From the NCBI GenBank assembly GCA_002189035.1, contig CM007990.1:4898001-4962000 (forward strand): a DNA stretch of 64,000 nucleotides, read 5' to 3'. The position numbers were made by a program, and so were the translations under genes. The stretch is from Utricularia gibba. Lineage: Eukaryota > Plantae > Magnoliophyta. The notes under the pieces were generated by a model. It ran no database searches and was not told where the DNA came from. It saw only the letters and a list, made by a program, of their open reading frames with translations. This document shows, piece after piece, positions 1 through 12,326 of this stretch. Positions within the stretch are counted from its first letter, which is position 1, and each line of letters opens with the position of its first letter.

Positions 1-379
1 CGTTGATAACAAAATTCCCACACTAACTGCTGCAACGATCACTTAGAAGAATTGAAACAGGCAGAATATCATCCGTGCTAGGCCTAGCAATTCTTCCACT
101 CCGATGAAGGAAACCACCCGCAGTCTGTTTATTCCTTCTACACAAATCCATTTTCAAGGTAAAAATATAATTTTTTTTTAGTTTTCTATGAAACCTGAAA
201 ACTATATTGAATTAGGTTTCAAGCCTTAGCGCTTCACATTCTTATCAACAACATAGAAGAGAAAGTCAAGAATTTTATAATGATGGAATAACTTATTCTC
301 ATAGGTCTTCACTTGAGTAAAGTGTTTCTAGGGATTTTTGTAAATCGTGTCATGAGTTTGCGAAAGAAAAAAGAATCGA

Positions 380-420
380 ATGAATCAAACTTAGGGTGCT
401 TGATACCAATTGTAAATATA
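380..420 (-). mobile_element. Possible LTR-retrotransposon primer-binding-site/LTR junction remnant
   Basis: gcttgataccaattgt at 398-413 reads ACAATTGGTATCAAGC on the - strand, resembling LTR-end CA + TGGTATCAGAGC (tRNA-iMet PBS). No coding remnant or second LTR was identified. Confidence 0.3.
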
Positions 421-739
421 TTTGTTGAAATTAAAGATGTGATGTATTGAACGAATACATATAAAATCTAAATAAACAAAAAACATAAATCATATTAACA
501 AATATTAAATTTAATTTATTATTATTGATTTACAATTTATTATATAATTGATTGTTTTAATTTTATTTCTTAAGATATTATTGTTTATTCTAATAATATT
601 AAAGTGAAAATTTGCGACTAGACTCCATATATTTGACATGACTGTAACACACAAGCACGAATCATACACTCAAGACTGCAAGCAAAGTCCATAGACCAAG
701 TGTAATGGATTGGACCCAACATATTTGACCTAAAATAGG

Positions 740-1014
740 TCAAACGATATTACTGTAAAAATAACAAACCCCAGCCAACAGAAACAACGGCGTCACGAAG
801 CGGAGATGCCGCAAACCATTCCTCCCTACACTAGCGGTGGAGGCGGAGTGGGCAGAGACTCGATATCATTCTGTTTTTCCGCCGGCGCCGGAGGCCAGAT
901 TATGATCTCCCTTTTGGAAACTGCAAGCGCGGACATTCTCCGGTGGAGCGGAGAGGCCAAGCATGGCGCGATCACGAGCAGCAAGAAGACAGCCAAAGCT
1001 ATAGGTTTCTTCAT
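740..1014 (-). CDS. Small secreted Pro-rich protein; probably a GPI-anchored arabinogalactan-peptide-like protein if one 1-nt deletion near 830-860 is corrected (as written, the ORF is 826-1014, 62 aa)
   Basis: ATG at 1014 gives MKKPIALAVFLLLVIAPCLA (signal peptide-like), then ...WPPAPAEK...LPTP. The -1 frame continues ASTASVGRNGLRHLRFVTPLFLLAGVCYFYSNIV* (stop 740-742), which has small residues followed by a hydrophobic tail. A TATA-like tagtatatatttg lies ~45-55 nt upstream on the - strand. Confidence 0.6.
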
Positions 1015-1283
1015 CCTGACCTGAACTTGACTTGGCTCCTCGCCGATCAAGGAGAGGCAAATATATACTACACTTGGAGCTACATGTCGACATTCGAAGC
1101 AAACGCCTTTGTGGACGGGATGTCAAGTGGGAACGCATGCACCCACTTGGTCGGAGACTAAGAATAGGCTAAGAAAATTGGACAGATCAGTGACACCCGG
1201 TTCTCCCCCATGACGATGGTCAAACTCTTTTGGCTTATTTAGATTATATTATTATATTTTCAGAATGATAGAATTAATATTTT

Positions 1284-1518
1284 GGTGTGTTTGGATATTT
1301 ATAGATTTAAATTATTTGAGTTTAGATAAACCTAAATATGTGGATTTAAGAATACTAATACTTTTCTTAAGTATAAATATATCCGTATATGAGAATATTA
1401 TATAAATATAATAATAATTATACTCAAATAATTGATATAATTATACTTTAATATCAAATAACATAATAAAATTAAAACTATTATATACCAATCTTATAAT
1501 TTCATATCAAACCAACCC
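1284..1518. mobile_element. Tourist/PIF-Harbinger-like MITE, degenerate copy in opposite orientation to the 45629-45879 copy
   Basis: Ends are GGTGTGTTTGG...TCAAACCAACCC. The AT-rich body shares colinear blocks (ctaaatatgtggat, tatatgag..tattatata, tataattatac, catatcaaac) with the reverse complement of 45629-45879. Confidence 0.65.
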
Positions 1519-2666
1519 TCTCAAATCTTAAAACTAGCGACGGACGATCGTGCCCGCGCCCCAACGGGCCCGCTGGTGGTAGTGGTTGATGGCGGTGGCG
1601 GGCAAAAAGCAAAGGGGGCGGCAGTGGCACGGTCGATGGTGGACGTCGGTGGCGGTGGCGGTTAACGTCCGCCAACCTGGGCAAGCTGCGCTGCGCTGTC
1701 TATTCTAGAATGAAAGCACACGAGTTGGACTGGTGCTCGTGGTCGTCCTGGTGGTGGTGTTTCTTACCGCCGTGGTAGTGTCCGTTGATTCGCCATAGGC
1801 GGCGAAACCCTAATCCGAGAGTTCTCCCTTTCGGAATCTGCGATCATCTAGTTGTGTGGAGATATCCGGGGCCTGAGAAAACGACACATTTCAAGAAATC
1901 TCTCTGCATCATGCCTTTGAATGAAGAGAAGAGAATAGAAGAAAACTCTCTGGAAAATGCTAGGCGCTGAACTTGCGTCCACGTGGCAACCCTCCGAAGT
2001 CTAGATCAGACGCCTTTGTCGTGTTGCTTTCAACCCCAAAATTTTCGATTTTTTCAGAAATAAAATATTTTCTTTTTTGGGAAATTTGATAATTTTTTCT
2101 GAAATTTCGTTTTTTGGATCAAATCCGAAATTTGAATATGGGTGAGAATGGAAGATGGTGGGCATTTTTTTTTTTCATGGGTTAATGGTAAATCAGAAAA
2201 TAAATAATGCCATAAATAGAATTACATTCCTTTATTTACTGATAAAAAAATATTAATTTGTTTATTTTTTTTACTTCTTTTAAACGTATTAAGCTTTTTA
2301 ATGTTATGAATAGGTTTTTAAAAAATTAAAAAATCTGGTAATAATAATGAATTTTAATTTTGGATCATAATTCCTGTTGTTTCTTTTTTAGACAAAAAAG
2401 GTCGGCGGTGTTTACATATTTGTCCTGCATCTTCGTGCTGCCGGAAGTAGGTTTGCACGTGGTTGAGCCAAGTCGTATTTGCTTCCTACTGGTCAGAGAT
2501 CCGATAAAGATCTCATTGTTAAGAGATATAGGTCAGCACCCCATGCATCACGCTCAGGCAGGTGAACGAAACGAGTCCATTCGTTTTTCAGTCCAATGTT
2601 TCAGATACACGTGGTTGCAGCTCCGGTTAAATCTTGGTGCGTTGTATTCCTTTCTTGGGAGTAACA

Positions 2667-4786
2667 ATGGCGAACAACAACGAAGCCAAACAATTGCTTC
2701 TTGTGCCGGAGGAAGACGATGATGTTGTGCCGGAGGTTACCCCGCGGCTATCTTCCTTCCACCGTCTCTCCAACTTATCCGTTTTCTCCTCCTTCGTCGC
2801 CGGTGAGGACGACATCCCGCCCATAGAGAATGTTAATGGGTTTTTTTGGGCGTTCAAGGAGGAGTCGGGTAAGCTGTGGTATCTTGCTGGACCAGCAATT
2901 TTCACATCCCTTTGCCAATATACGCTCGGAGGTTCGACGCAAACTTTCGCGGGGCATGTGGGTACGCTGGAATTATCCGCATTCTCGATCGAGAACTCCG
3001 TAATCGCGGGATTGTCTCTGGGAGTCATGGTATTGAACCAATTTGAATGATGGGTTTTTTTCTTTGTAATTTTGTTGACAATGATTCGAGTTTTTCGCAG
3101 TTGGGAATGGGAAGCGCGGTGGAAACGCTTTGTGGACAGGCGTTTGGGGCTGGGCAGCTTGATATGCTGGGTGTTTATTTGCAGAGATCATGGATTATTC
3201 TTCTCGGAACTGCTCTGATTATGATGTTTCTATACATTTTCGCCTTGCCCTTTTTGCTGCTAATTGGCCAGAAACAGAGCATTTCTCAAGTCGCCGGAAA
3301 ATTGGCCTGGTGGATGATTCCTCAGCTTTTCGCCTACGCTTTGAATTTTCCGACAGCCAAGTTTTTGCAGGCGCAGAGCAAGATAATGGCCATGGCTTGG
3401 ATCTCAGCTTCGGCTCTTGCCCTGCACATACTTTTTAGCTGGCTTTTTATGCTTAAATTCGGCTGGGGACTAGCTGGCGGTGCCGCGGTTCTCGACGCCT
3501 CGTGGTGGTTCATTGTGATAGCGCAAGTGATTTACATTCTTTCTGGAACCTGCGGAAAAGCTTGGCCAGGATTCAGCTTGAAAGCGGTACAAAATCTATG
3601 GGGATTCGTAAAGCTCTCTCTTGCATCTGCAGTAATGATGTGGTAACTCATCGTATTTCCCTGTTGTGGATCAAGATTCCTGTAAAGATTCACCCTTTTT
3701 ACCATGGCATGTTTACTTACAGCTTGGAAACATGGTATTTCATGGCTTTGACTCTTCTGGCTGGTTACTTGAAGAACGCTGAGGTAGCTGTTGCTGCTCT
3801 ATCTGTTTGGTGAGTTGTGTTGATATGCTCCCAGTTATCAAGATATAATCTTTAGAAACCAGTCGTTTCAAACATGTCCAAATCTGAGAATCTGCATCTT
3901 GTGCAGCACAAACATATTGGGATTCACCAACATGATAGCAGTTGGATTCAATGCTGCAATCAGGTGAGAGATAGATTGATTGATGATGTCCCCACTTGAG
4001 CAAACACGGTGACATCTTCTGTGTTGATTTGCGCAGTGTAAGAGTGTCGAATGAGCTCGGAGCATCCCATCCGCGAACTGCTAAATTTTCAGTTGTGGTA
4101 ATGGTGATATGGGCGCTGCTCGTCGGAACCGTATTCGCAACCGTCCTCATCGTCTTGAAGGATCAATATCCGGCGCTCTTCACCGACAGCGATGAGGTCG
4201 TAGCCATCGTGTATGATCTCACCCCATTGCTGGCCTTCTCCATCGTTGTCAACAGCATCCAGCCCGCTCTATCAGGTTCTTTTGCTTCCTGATCCGCCGC
4301 CCAAGTGATGCATATCATCTAAAACAAATAATCCGATGCAGGAGTCGCGATCGGAGCCGGATGGCAATCGCTGATCGCCTACGTGAACATCGTGTGCTAC
4401 TACGTGTTCGGCGTCCCTCTTGGTTTGGTCATGGGCTACACTCTCAACATGGGCGCCGCCGTAAGTTCATTCATCCACCGGAACCAACCGGAAAAGTCAA
4501 GAGATGCATGATCTTCTTCTTCTTCTTTCTGCAGGGTATATGGTACGGAATGGTAGCAGGGACGATAGTCCAGACATTGATTCTCTTCTGGATCGTTTAC
4601 AGAACAAACTGGGAAAAGGAGGTACAAAGGACACCACCCCATCACAGTTATTCCAAATAAACCACTCACAATTCCACTGGATTTCAGGCCTCCACCGCAG
4701 TGAAAAGGATCAAGTACTGGAGAGGGGAAAAAGCCAATAAAGATGTGGAGAAAGCAGCTCCTCCCATCCAACCAGAAGAAAAGTAA
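2667..4786 (+). CDS. MATE (DTX) efflux transporter, TT12/DTX29-34-like clade, 8 exons
   Basis: Exons ~2667-3029, 3101-3642, 3724-3809, 3907-3963, 4037-4275, 4342-4460, 4535-4621 and 4688-4786, all GT-AG. Motifs LWYLAGPAIFTSLCQY, LGMGSAVETLCGQAFGAGQLDMLGVYLQRSWIIL, RVSNELGASHP, QPALSGVAIGAGWQ and GIWYGM. Confidence 0.95.
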
Positions 4787-6008
4787 TGGGGTTTCTGGAG
4801 CCATGGTCTGAGAATGGACTGGTTGGCATACGTGGACTCACTCCGAAAAGGAATGGAATATTTCAGCTGACAAGATTTGATTGTTGACATTCAAGGTTTT
4901 GTTTTGAGAAACCTCTGGAATCCACATGCTTGGTTTTCCCTATACAGCTTGTGGTTACGTAATGAAGCTTCCTGATTCAAACACATCGTAACAATGAGTT
5001 TGACGGCTGCGCACAGCCCTCGTATTCCATTAGCTAACCATCTTCACATCATTGCATAACTGCCAACTTTATGACTTGGACAACATGCATTCCTTCTTAG
5101 TCTCATCAAACTTGTACCAACTTATGTAATAAAAATGGTGGCTGGTGACATTAGCGATAGAATAATCAATCTAATATCGAGATTTAAAATTGAAATAATT
5201 AAATACATACAAATTATAAATCATCAATAATTAATTGAATTTAATCCATTTTGATCAACGTAGATAGACTTTAGGTGTGTTTGCCTAATCCTACTGGATT
5301 CTTAATTTCAATATTGAATCCTTCATCATCTCATCATACTTGTACCAACTTATGCAATGAGAAAAGGGTGGGTTGTAACACTAGGGAGGCTCCACCAAAG
5401 GTTGAGTGAATGAATCATGGTTGTGTATGATATCAAATATCATAATTTATACATGATATTGTCGATTATAAATATTAAATATAGTTTATTCTTCTAATAA
5501 AAAAATTATATTTTTGTTAAATATGTTCGATATATCATATTAGATGAAAAATGTTAATAGATATATCAAAATTGAATGTTTGTTAAATGTGATAAGATTT
5601 CTAGGTAGCATTTAAATATTTCATTACTCATTTGGTAATTCTATCATTCACCCTTTTATATTAAAAATAATAAAATTGCAATTGTTTTTTAAATAAATAA
5701 AATAAATAATATCTTATATATAATTTATCAATCAAGCACATCTCATCTCATCTTCATATCTTATTCATATATTCCAACTAAATATTTTTTAGTATATTTA
5801 AATCCCACGAGCAAAATATTCACAATTAAAAAAAAACGTGTTTCAAGATGAGTTACTAGAATATTTCGAAGGATACCAGTAGGAAGGTGGTGGATGGAAT
5901 CCAGTGACGGGGTCAAAAGGGAACCTGATTCCCACTTATCACGAGCTCCGGCGCGGCGCGTCTATATAATCAGCTCACCATTCCGCCAACACACATTCAT
6001 CTCAGCAC

Positions 6009-6251
6009 ATGGGGAAGCAGAGCAACGACGTCGCCCGACACCACCGTCCGCCGGACGCCTATGAACTGTATGAGCGGGAGCACATGCCTCCCAGCTTTCA
6101 GGTCGCCGGATCTCCTCCGGCACGAGGAGAGGGCAGCAGCAAGGGAAGCATTGATGCCATGGCCGACCAGTTCATCAAAATGGAGCATCAGAAGTTCGCC
6201 CTCACCAGATGGGCTTCTTCTGCCTATTTCGGCGACTTCATCAGATACTGA
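6009..6251 (+). CDS. Small intronless uncharacterised protein (80 aa) with a DUF761/cotton-fibre-like motif
   Basis: GC-rich ORF in an AT-rich context, TATA box (tctatataat, ~5961-5970) upstream, and motif SIDAMADQFIKMEHQKF resembling the VDxxAxxFI motif of DUF761-type proteins. Confidence 0.6.
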   Translation: MGKQSNDVARHHRPPDAYELYEREHMPPSFQVAGSPPARGEGSSKGSIDAMADQFIKMEHQKFALTRWASSAYFGDFIRY

Positions 6252-7004
6252 AACCGTCGCCGGAAAGAAGCACCTGTAGAAATTATGCTTTTGTTGTGTG
6301 TAATATTTAGGTTGTATTAGGAAATTGGTTACTGTATTTCGAGTGTATCAAAAAATTGACAATCTTATGTATAAAAATTTGTTTTTAGTATATGAAAAAA
6401 AAAGGAAAGATGACTATTTTTGTAAAAGATCGGTAATAACTATTTTTGATTTATTATAATTTAAAAACTAGATATAATTGGTTTTCTATTATTCAAAAAC
6501 TAAGCAAGATTAATTGAGAGCTAATTGTATCAATTTTTTAAATAATTATGATTAATTATGTCAAATTTTTAATATAAACATTAGTAAATTAATTACACCA
6601 AATAATTAATATTGGTAATAATAAATAATAATGATAATTTTCATAAATAGTAGGAGTGAATGATGTTAGAAGCCCGTTTAATAAGCAAGGTTTGGGCCAT
6701 GGGCTTTCAGGGCCTATTAATAGAGAGCCCTTTTCAAAGAAACCGTTGCACAGACATCAGATTTGAAAAAAGATGACCGTTAGGGCTAAGGTTTTAAAAT
6801 GCAAAGACGTCCAAAAGTCAGCCATGGCTACCCGACCGTTGGGACAGACTCCACCTCTTTCTTAACTTGTACTCACGGGCATCATCTGAAGCGGATGATT
6901 CCCAGTTCAATAACACGAGCATCAAATCAAAACTTCTTTCCTTCTTCCCTCCATTTCATCCTCTCAATTTCCGGCACTTTCTGATTCTAGAAGGAATATA
7001 GATC

Positions 7005-8813
7005 ATGACGGCGCTGGCTCCGGGAGTTCTTTTGAAGCTTCTAGATGGGATGAGCACGGGGACGAAACCCACGAGCGAGTATAGGAGTTCGCTGTTGCAG
7101 GTTACTGATATTGTCCCAGCTGATCTCGATGAGAAGAACCTTGTACCCAGACACGGTTTCTACATCAAGCTTTCAGATTCTTCCCATTCCATCTACGCCA
7201 ATTTGCCATTCGATCAAGATGAGCTGGTTATGAGTAACAAACTGCAGCTGGGGCAGTTTATTTATGTCGATAAACTCGAGCCCGGTTCCCCTGTTCCTCT
7301 TGTTAAAGGGGCGAAACTGATTCCAGGAAGGCACCCTTTAGTGGCTACGCCAGAGCCATTGATGGAGTTGAAAGCAAAGGGAGAAAAGAACAATGGGGGT
7401 CCTTCTGTCGCTAAGAGGAGTTTCTGGGGAACCGGGCCGGGATCCCCTAAGGCAGTTCCGCTTGAGTTCGATCAGTGTACACCGGTGAAAAGCTCCTTGG
7501 TGTTGTCATCACCAGTGGTAAAAGGGAGGACTATGAGAGATGGAAGCGCTGTAAGATCTTCTGTCAGTGGTGTGTTTTTGTCTAAATTACCGGAAACGCC
7601 GTTGATCAGGAGAAGTGCAGTCACTCCTTCATTCCTTAGGAGCAAGAGTGTTTCCCGGAGAGATCAGAGGATTTCTGAGAGTCCTTCCAACGCAGCTGTG
7701 AGAACCCTTTTTCTTCTTTGTGTTAACTGAGATGTGTGCCTTGTTGTGGAGCTGATTATAGCATGGATTCCAGGAGAAGAAGAGCTCAACTCCACCTCCA
7801 AGGTTGAGGAATGATGCCACGGCAGCTTCTCCCTGTCTACGTCAAGATGCAGAGACGAAACAATCCGAGTTTTCATTTGCTGACACTTCAAGCTCCACAA
7901 ACTCTAGTCTTTGTGTGAACTTAACTGGAAAACTGAGCAGTCTTGGAAGGGTGAGTGACAATGAATGATTAGCTTAAATGTCAGGAACGAGATGTTTTGG
8001 AAGTTTGATGAATACCTGATGCCATGCATCCAGGAAGCTGTTCAACAACAAGAAACAGCGCAGAGAATAGCACATCAAGCACTAAGAGATGCTCAAGCCG
8101 CAGCTAACCTTGTTCGCTCTCTCAAGTAAAACAGCACTCTTTTTTCTTATGTTGCTTCTTTTCATCCCTGTTTACACGGTTTTGTTGCCTGTAGGGCATT
8201 TGCCACCGTGATGAAATCAGCGAAAGTCGATGCTCCAGTAGCGTGTTTCAACAAGTTTCTCGAGTTTCACAGCCATATCGTGCAAGCGGTAGTTGAAATG
8301 GCATCGATCCAGGCAGCCACCAATGCTACAGAAACAGCGAAAAGTTCAAATGCTGAAGCAAGTGAAGATGAACCCAGCTCAGTTTTAAATGAAATTGCTC
8401 CGAATTTCATGGAGCAGAAACCAAGTTCAGAATCAAAGAGAAAGGCAGATATTCAGAAGTCCAAGTCTGTTTTAGGAAAGCATCTGAGAGCACCATCATC
8501 AGCAGTGGATAAAAAAGTATCCTCCCCTGAAACTGCTTCTTGTAGCAGTTTGCTCAGCACAATCAAGCTTAGCAAGCAGATCGAAGCGGAAGCATCCAAA
8601 TGGTTTATGGATTTTCTAGATAAAGCATTGGAAGAGAGCAAGAAGAAACCGAAAGGAGCAGAGACAACGAATACACAACGTGTTCCTCAGTCACTTCTAC
8701 TGAAGGTGATCAATTGGGTGGAAGTAGAACACAGTAACCCAAGTAAAAGAACTGTGCATCCAAGAGCTGCAGCCATAGCTAGGAAACTGAGGATCCAAAT
8801 GAAGAATCCTTAG
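7005..8813 (+). CDS. DUF936-domain protein (CORD-like microtubule-associated family), 4 exons
   Basis: N-terminus [10 protein letters not shown]...[37 protein letters not shown] is typical of DUF936. Exons ~7005-7697, 7760-7950, 8030-8126 and 8175-8813 splice in frame. C-terminus [13 protein letters not shown]...[10 protein letters not shown]...[12 protein letters not shown]. Confidence 0.92.
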
Positions 8814-9150
8814 ACTGAAATAGTGATGCTGAAGTTCTCATTGCACCACCAATGTATCCAGATTTGTTCTTACACCCCAGTCCAGATCCATTAATCATTT
8901 TTTTATCTATTTCACCTTCGCCTCGGCCAAAATTTTACTGAAAAGAAATATGCAAACTAACATAAGGTTTACCCGTGCCATTGGATGATGACTTCTGCAC
9001 TGTACCCTATGAGATGACCTTTTTTTTCCAGTATTGTCCCTTTATGGATTCATCGTTGCTTGATGATTGTCTAATGGCTCTTATTGATATTATTCTTAAA
9101 CCAGAAGAGTGATTCATTGTCCAACACCATGTGGATCCATAAACTTACAC

Positions 9151-11852
9151 TCACAGCCAAGCTGGGCTTTTGAGAGCAGTAACCACTGCTTTCACTTGCA
9201 GGTAGTTCTTGAGACCGTATTCACCCTTCTCCCTTCCTATGCCACTCATCTTGTATCCACCGAAAGGAATTGCTGCGTCAAAGGTGTCAAAGCAATTGAT
9301 CCATACGGTCCCTGCCCTCAACGCTCTGGTCAATGTGTTGGCTGTGTCTAGATTGTGAGTGAAGACTCCAGCAGCAAGCCCATAATTGGTGTTGTTTGCT
9401 CTCTTGATCACTTCATCAAGTTCTCTGCATCAACAGAACCGATGATTGTGATTAGTATGTCTTCAAGTATACTACTATTTCATCAAAAGATCTTCCAACA
9501 TGTTAACGATTTCAGAGGCATTACTTGTACTTGAGAACAGTCTGAACAGGACCGAAGATCTCCTCTTTGGCAATCACCATGTCATCCTGAAATATGTTCA
9601 CCCTGGTTATTCTATTGTCTTTGCTTCTTAAGTTAGTGATGTGTACCTTGACATCGGAGAAGACAGTGGGCTGAATGTAGTAGCCTTTGCTACCCAATCT
9701 GTCTCCCCCAGTTTCAAGGGTAGCTCCGGATTCTTGTCCAGCTCTGATGTACCCAAGTATCTTGTTGAATTGTTCTTGATCGATCTGAGATTGTGTACAA
9801 CGACGTCTTAAGTTTGTGGGTTTATGGAAAATAGCTCATGCAAGATGAAATTAATACCTGCGGGCCTTGTTCAACTCCTGTCCTGAATGGATCCCCAACC
9901 AGACGCTTCAAAGCACGGGCCTTTGCTTTCTCAAGAAACTCATCATAAACCTTCTCGTGTACATATGTCCTGGATCCAGCACAGCAGCATTGTCCCTTCA
10001 ATGTTTTGATCCAATCAGCTTAAATCCAAGAACAAGCAGGAAAGTCGTAATAAGCAGTGATGCGTATTGTGTAAGCATGGAGTACCTGGTTGAAAAACAG
10101 AGCAAAATGAGCGAGCTCAACGGCTTGATCCACATCAGCATCTTCACATACAATGAAAGGCGACTTCCCTCCAAGCTCCAGTGTTACTGGTTTCAGATTA
10201 CTCTTGGCAGCCAACTCAAGAACAATCTTTCCAGTGTCTGTCGAGCCTGTGAATGCAAGCTGCATAGGTTCAAAGTATGGATCACAGAGTTCAATTACTT
10301 GCGAGCAAAAACAAAGTTAGTTGTGATGATGGTGGTCATTCTACCTTGTCAACATCCATATGATTACAGAGAGCCGCCCCTGCTGTTGGACCATACCCAG
10401 AAACAATGTTCAGAACCCCATCAGGAAGGCCAGCCTATCATATGAATACCAGGAATCGGCACCAGGGTGAGATTCTAAATGCATCGAATCAGAAAACCAT
10501 GGAATTACTAGAATTGCAAGCTTGTGTGTTACCTCATGTAATAGTTTGCCTACAAGAAATGCTGATAATGGAGTTTGCTCTGCTGTTTTGAGAACAATGG
10601 TATTGCCACAAGCCAGTGCTGGACCAACTTTCCAAGCAAACATAACTAATGGAAAATTCCATGGGATAATCTGGCCTGCAACACCTATTGGTTCATGCAG
10701 TGTTTGAACATGAAGAGCTCCATCTGCTGGAATAGTCATTCCATGAATCTTGTCTGCCCAGCCTGCATACACATTCAAAAAGGGTGAGGAAAGCGGAAAC
10801 TAAAGTGTCCCTCAGGATTTACGTCTAGGAACTTGTTTGGGAACTCACCAGCATAGTAGCGAAATAGTCTAACAAACATGGGAACTTCTATTTGGGATGT
10901 CTGCTCAAACGGCTTGCCGCTATCCCAAGTCTCAAGGGCTGCAATCTCATCATTATTCTTCTCAACCAGATCAGCAAAACGCAGCAATATCCGCTGCCTC
11001 TCCTGCAGAAATCAAACAGTTTCTAAGTAAAGGAGTGAATGGAAGTCAAAAAATGAATCCACAAAGGAATATGCTACATAAGCAGTCATCCTAGGCCATG
11101 GTCCTTCATCAAAAGCCTTTCTAGCCGAAGCTACTGCTCGATTAACATCCTCCGCTCCACCTTCAGCAACATGTGCAATCACCTCACCCGTTCTAGGGTC
11201 CAATGTTGGGAAAGTTTTGCCTGGTTTCACAAGAGCTGAAGAGTTAGCTCAGGAAAATAGCCTATTTTATGCAAAAACAAGGACTTTAACCTGCTGCTGC
11301 ATCTACAAACTGTCCATTGATTAAAAGTTTATCATAGAGGACGCTAACTGGTGGCTTGATTGGATCCTCAACAGCTGCTGCTGCTGCTGTGCTGTAGCGG
11401 TGAATCCCTCTCCCAGCAAATCTTTGTTTTCCTGTAACAATCGTTTTAATTCAAGGGCAAAACACATGAGCACTCAGTCTTGAATCATCATTAATTCACT
11501 CTAATAACAGACTCATTAATCTTGATGCCACCGGTAAATACCCAGATTCCAGATATTGATCCACGTGATTAAAGAAACGGGGGTAAAGGAGGATCTTTCA
11601 TCCACTTCAACACACACCACGCCCTACTCAAATTTCCCAGATTCTCAATAAAGAAGCCCAGATGTGAAAACAAGCCGATATTCCACTAAAAAAAAAAAAA
11701 AAGAAAATTCCGGCTCACGAAAAATTACATGATCACTACCTTATGTGGACTCCTGATCAGGGTCGAAAAATGAGTGGAGAGAAAAGTATACCTCCACCAG
11801 ATAGAGGAGGAAGTGAACGAGAAACAAGGGATGCGATCCTTCGACTGGCCAT
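9151..11852 (-). CDS. ALDH2B: Mitochondrial aldehyde dehydrogenase family 2 member B (ALDH2B4/B7, RF2-like)
   Basis: Presequence [14 protein letters not shown]. Motifs [35 protein letters not shown], catalytic GQCCCAGS and EEIFGPVQ, ending [14 protein letters not shown]...LKSPAWL*. Canonical introns. Confidence 0.97.
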
Positions 11853-12326
11853 CTCCGATCAAAAGGCAGTGGCAGCAGCAGCAGCAGCAGAGAAAGTCAG
11901 TCCCCCGGTTTGCCTTAAAATCTACGTTTAAGTGGATAAATCACAAACTAGTGAGAACCGAAAACCCAAAAAAGGTGAAAAATTTAAAGCAGGTGGGGTC
12001 TAATCCAAAAGACACCCTCGTGAACTGGGGAAGGAATCTATCTGTACGTTACATTCGAGAGGCACAGAAATGCAGGAGACGAAGAATGCCAATTGCCATA
12101 TATAAACTGAACCGGTTCGAAGATGGTACGTTAGAAAGCACCGCCTCCATCTCCCAAACCGTTCTACCCTCAAAACAACAAACAAGACATCGCCATCCAG
12201 AATACACCATCTCCAAGAATTCATTTTTGGTGGGCTTTCCCATTTCTTCCCCATCATACGTAAATCACAGAATACAAAACTATTTCATTTAAAGCTTCTT
12301 ATTAACGTCACAATTTCCAAAAAACA

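Noticed and set aside
11774-12292. 172-aa + strand ORF with a poly-Q run
   Set aside because: It is antisense to ALDH2B exon 1, the 5' UTR and the promoter. The Q-run is a CAG microsatellite and no domain is recognisable.
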